Assembly: GCF_963506605.1 (NCBI RefSeq)
Contig: NC_083287.1
Location: 49,228,001 to 49,292,000, forward strand
Origin: Zootoca vivipara
Lineage: Eukaryota
Direction of reading: 5' to 3'
Length of the DNA: 64,000 nucleotides
The position numbers and the translations under genes are program-made. The notes under the pieces are model-generated. The model ran no database searches. It was not told the DNA's origin and saw nothing but the letters and a program-made list of their open reading frames with translations. Of this stretch, positions 59,795 through 64,000 are shown in pieces. Numbering within the stretch: the stretch's first letter is position 1; the number at the start of each line of letters is the position of its first letter.

Positions 59795-60382
59795 GTAAGT
59801 GACTTGATATTGGCCTGGTTTGTACATAACACTAAACCATGGTTTGTTTAACCAAAGTGTCCTTTGTTTGAATGTCTGAACCCAGCCCAGCAGACTAACC
59901 ATGGTTTGTTTTTGTTTTCTGGGAACGATCAGTGATGTGTTTTGTAGTTGGCTAACACACCATAGATTGTTTGGTGGCACATTGGAGTCCAGGTGTCTTG
60001 CTTAACTGTGGTTTGTTTGACCACAGCACCCTAAATGCATGCCAGACTACAGAGGCATGAGGCAAGAGCAGCTGTAAAATGAACCAAGTTTCGGAGAACG
60101 AACCACGGCTTCTTTGAATGTATGCAATGTAGCCGTTCACTAAGGCCAGTGTTGCTGCTTGGAGCAACTGGGCAACCAACTAGGGTAGTATTTGTTGGGA
60201 AGAGAAAACAACAGAGGAAGCCAGTGTGATAAAATACTTCTATAGCCAGTGTTGTATGCTTAAATAAGGTATTTCCTGACAGATTGCAATACATACGTGG
60301 AGAGATTCAGGAAAAGTAAAGCAACTGTCAGAGTGTGTACACAAATGAGATGAACTGAAGAACTCCACGACCAAGAAAAGAA

Positions 60383-60427
<45 letters not shown>
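60383..60427. repeat. (AAT)15 microsatellite, tail of an L2-type 3' fragment
   Basis: Read directly; abuts a sequence similar to 1765-1830. Confidence 0.9.
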
Positions 60428-60620
60428 TTATTATTTATACCCCACCCATCTGGCTGGGTTTTCCCAGCCACTCTGGGCTGCTTCCAACAAAATATTAAAA
60501 TACAAGTAGGATGTTCTTCTGCATCCGACTGGGATGGAGCACATCCCTGAGAACTGTGGTCAGAAGGAACTTCTAAGCAACTCTCTTCTAGATTTCTTTG
60601 GTCAGAAAGATACAGAAATA

Positions 60621-60890
60621 CAGTGGTACCTCGCAAGACGAATGCCATGCAAGATGAATTTTTGGATCCGATAGTGACTCGCAAGACGAATTCATTTTGC
60701 GAAAAATTCGTCTTGCAAATTGTGGTTTCCCATAGGAATGCATTGATACGGTATTTAATTAATGCGTTCCTATGGGCAAAAAAAGAAATTTCCATGCATT
60801 CCTATGGGAAACCGCGATTCGCAAAACGATTTTTTTGCAAAATGAATTGACTCACGGAACGAATTTAATTCATCTTGCGATACATCACTG
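60621..60890. mobile_element. Tigger-like MITE
   Basis: CAGTGGTACC...ACATCACTG termini and TA TSD; related to 28056-28297. Confidence 0.8.
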
Positions 60891-63355
60891 TAGCCTTGAA
60901 CAGCTGCATATATGCGGAGCATGTCTGTCAACTACTCTGGGTTTTTATTTTCCTTGCATTGAAGCAAGAATTATGTACAGTGTATGTGTGTGACAGAGGG
61001 GGGGGGAGAGTAATTCTAGGAAGAACATAGAAAGTATCCTTATACTGAGTCAGACCCTTGGTCCATTTAGGTCAGTATACACTGACAGGTAGTGGCTCTC
61101 CAGGAATTCAGACAGCATTCTCTCCTGGCCTTCCCTGGAGATACCGGATATTGAACCTGAGACCTTCTGCATGCAAAGCAGCTGCTCTGTCACTGACCCA
61201 TGACATTTGTGGTGCGGTAACCATTGAAAAATGCAGCTGTGCAGGCATGGTTCCATGTGGGAAGCTAGGAAAAGCCATGCAATATTTGTATAATTGCAAG
61301 GGAAGGGACCACAGAAAGTTGGAGCAGGAGATAAGTTATCACTGTAAACATGTTCTATCCACCACAAAGGTCTCTTCATTGTTATGATTTGTAGACTAGT
61401 AGAGTGAGTAATGCTGGCCTTGGGCATAGAGAATGCAGGTTGAGATCCTGCTCAGCAATGACGCTAGCTGAACAGCCTTGAGAAAGTTGCCAAGCTGGCT
61501 CACAAACACATGTCCATCACCACTCAGCACGAATGGGTGTATTCTTCATGTGAGTTGTCACAAAATAAATGCTAAGGACAGAACCCAGTTACCTCATGTC
61601 AACCGTGCTTTGCTTTTTAGTGGAATGAATCCGCACGTTCAGCTGTGGTTCATCAGGTCAAAGTGTTGAGGAGCTGAATAAGGCACATGCCTTGTGTGTA
61701 CTGCCCAAAAGCTTCTGACACCTACCTCACAGGATTGTTGCAGAGATTATGTGACGCTGTGATCTCATTGAAGGAATGTTATAAAAAACGAATAAGCGCG
61801 AGGACAGCACCTGACTCCATGCCTGCGTTTAACACAGGGCACTTTGAATGGATGGTTTAGCAAGACATTGATCAGGAAGCAGCTGTTACTTGCTCCATGC
61901 AGGGGGATAACTACAAGGCAGAGATAGATAATCTTGTCTTCTACACATTGTTTTTGCGAACGCCTGTGCAGTAGTGGGAATGAGTAGGTGCCAATTTAAG
62001 CTTTCCAGGGTTGAGTCAGTCATGTGTGGACAGTGTTATCTGTGATTCCATGAAACATGTTGATGTGAACATGGCCTGGGATGAGTGAGAGGAGGCCTGC
62101 TGGAAATCAAATGGTTAAGGCTCTTCCTCCATGTTTTATGGGACGGCATGAAGCAAGTGAAATGGGATGAAAGCCATCCCATGTAGTATTGTCAACATGA
62201 CCTGAGAAATTTGTCAAATAGGTTGTCACCAAGTTCCCCTTTCTTTGGGATATGAAGATACTGCAAGCACCATTGAACGAAGGGTTGCAAGCTCCGCTGG
62301 TTTAAAGCAGGGCTGCGGAACCTCTGGCCCTCCAGATGTTGTAGTACAACTCCCATCATCCCTAACCACTGAGCATCCTGGCTGGGGCTGATTGGAGTGG
62401 GAGCCCAGCAAACTCAGGAGGGCCAGAGATGCTTCCCATCCCTGGTGTAAAGGACGGACACCTCCATGCTGTCTGCTTCTCTAGTTGTCCACACAGCAGA
62501 AGTGATTGCAGGGGACCTGCTGGGCCAGCTTCACGAAGCACCGTGTGAATGCCGCAGAAAGATAGAGCATCTGTCTTTTCGGAGCTCAGGCAGTTGCCAC
62601 CCTGCAGACATTCCCTAAGAGGTACGAGCGCAGTTGTACTCCTTGTTTTCCGTGATCTGCTGTGCTTTTCTCCAACAGCCGCTCTGTTGGGAAATTAGCC
62701 AGAGTGAACAAAGCCTTTTCCAATGCCAGCCAAGAAAAACACAGCAACAAAGCCGTTTGCTGCTTCTTCAAGCCACAGGCAGATTATAATTGGGATTTGT
62801 GTCTCCCCAGCTATGTTTTTTTTTTAACTAAACTAAACCTAAACTAAACCAGGCATTGTTGGGGTTTGGATAAGTTTGGAAGAAACCTCTGGTAGAAAGG
62901 CCTCTTTCCCGCTTCTCCCTTCCTTCCCTTGCTAATCATGGGAAATTAATCTCTGCTCTTTGTCGATGAAATGCATGCCTGTCTTTCTAATGAAAGAAAT
63001 TAAAAGCACGTTTCGCAGCGATTGGCCACTTTATTTTATCTTGACATAAATGAAGCAAAAATCATGTATAGGCTTTCCTGTAACACACTTGGTATGTGCC
63101 TCACGATATAGGATACCTTAAGCCCTACGGCTGCAGTTGTTTTTCCATTCCATTAGCCAAACGACTGTTGTGGGAGGTTGCATGAAATGTTTCTTTTATT
63201 TAAAATAATGGATCTCTTCTGGAAGCAAGCATTCCTTCAGGGGGAGGGGGAGGGGCAACCTGCACCAAACCGAAGTTTTCTGAACAAGAAAGTTTGCTGT
63301 TTTGTGGGTTTCTTGTCTATGTATGTTTTCTGTAGAGGAGAAATAAAAAAATTCC

Positions 63356-63625
63356 TTCAGTAGCACCTTAAAGACCAACTAAGTTTTAATTTTGGTATGA
63401 GCTTTCGTGTGCATGCACACTTCGTCAGATACACTGAAACAGAATCAACCAGACCCTTATTTATATTCAGAGGGTGGGGGGTGGGGGGTGGGAATGGGTG
63501 ATGGGCTGATAGGAGTGGTGAACCTGTTGATGGCTGTTAACGACTGCTGATGACTGCAATTGGTCCTGCGGGGGGGGGGGGAGCAAGGCACAAAAGAAAG
63601 CTAGATCATGCATAATGAGATAAGA
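63356..63625 (-). mobile_element. Penelope-like element pLTR fragment
   Basis: CAGTAGCACCTTAAAGACCAAC terminus, hammerhead core and a G-rich tract. Confidence 0.75.
63395..63432 (-). ncRNA. Minimal type I hammerhead ribozyme motif
   Basis: Minus strand GUAU-CUGACGA-A-GUGUGCAUGCACAC-GAAA-GC-UC-AUAC: stem I, catalytic core, palindromic stem II and minimal stem III. Confidence 0.75.
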
Positions 63626-64000
63626 GGAAAATAGCTAAAAATATGAATTTGTAGGAGACATTGGCTTTGGTAATAGAGTGTGCAGCTTCTCAGATAGCTC
63701 ATCCAGACTTCCTTTTGTGCCACATTTCTAGGAACAAGTCTGCTCTTTAAAGCTATGTGTTGGAGCACTTTTTTGTTTGGCCTAGTGCTTTCACCCATAC
63801 ACGTGAAAGAAGAAAACGTGAATATGCAGAAAACCTGAATTGCTGCTTGTTGGGGGGGAGGGGGAAATGCTCTGACATTGCACTTTAAAACACGGACCTC
63901 TGCCTAGAAAGCACAGGGCGAAATGTAAGAGTAGATGAGCCCAGAGTTTTGTAACTGACCCTACATTTTTTTTAAAAAAACTGCTTGCTATTAACTAAAT

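Noticed and set aside
59795-64000. Search for further WDR86 exons
   Set aside because: No WD40-like exon was recognised; the region is treated as intron.

Overview
Vertebrate nuclear DNA, most likely a squamate and probably a lacertid lizard (inferred from several Sauria SINE copies and lizard-type hAT/Tc1 MITEs). Three spliced protein-coding genes lie on the + strand in the RHEB-CRYGN-WDR86 order known from mammals. RHEB is present as coding exons 2-8 plus a 3' UTR (exon 1 is upstream of the window). CRYGN (gammaN-crystallin) is complete, with four exons, 183 aa and a TATA/Maf/Sox-type promoter. WDR86 is present as coding exons 1-3 and continues beyond the window. Introns and intergenic DNA are dense with Tc1/Tigger-like MITEs (TA target duplications), hAT MITEs (8-bp duplications), SINEs, CR1/L2/L1/RTE/Penelope fragments and microsatellites; there are two assembly gaps. 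The most notable observations are: (1) a hAT MITE in RHEB intron 1 carrying a ~110-bp near-identical copy of DNA found 40 kb away next to another hAT insertion; (2) a 1.9-kb TSD-flanked, poly(A)-tailed, RT-less HAL1-like retroelement with one acidic, internally repeated ORF; (3) an intact minimal hammerhead ribozyme in a Penelope-like element; (4) a candidate spliced minus-strand transcript or micro-protein between CRYGN and WDR86. Repeat family names and human comparisons are from recall, not database searches.
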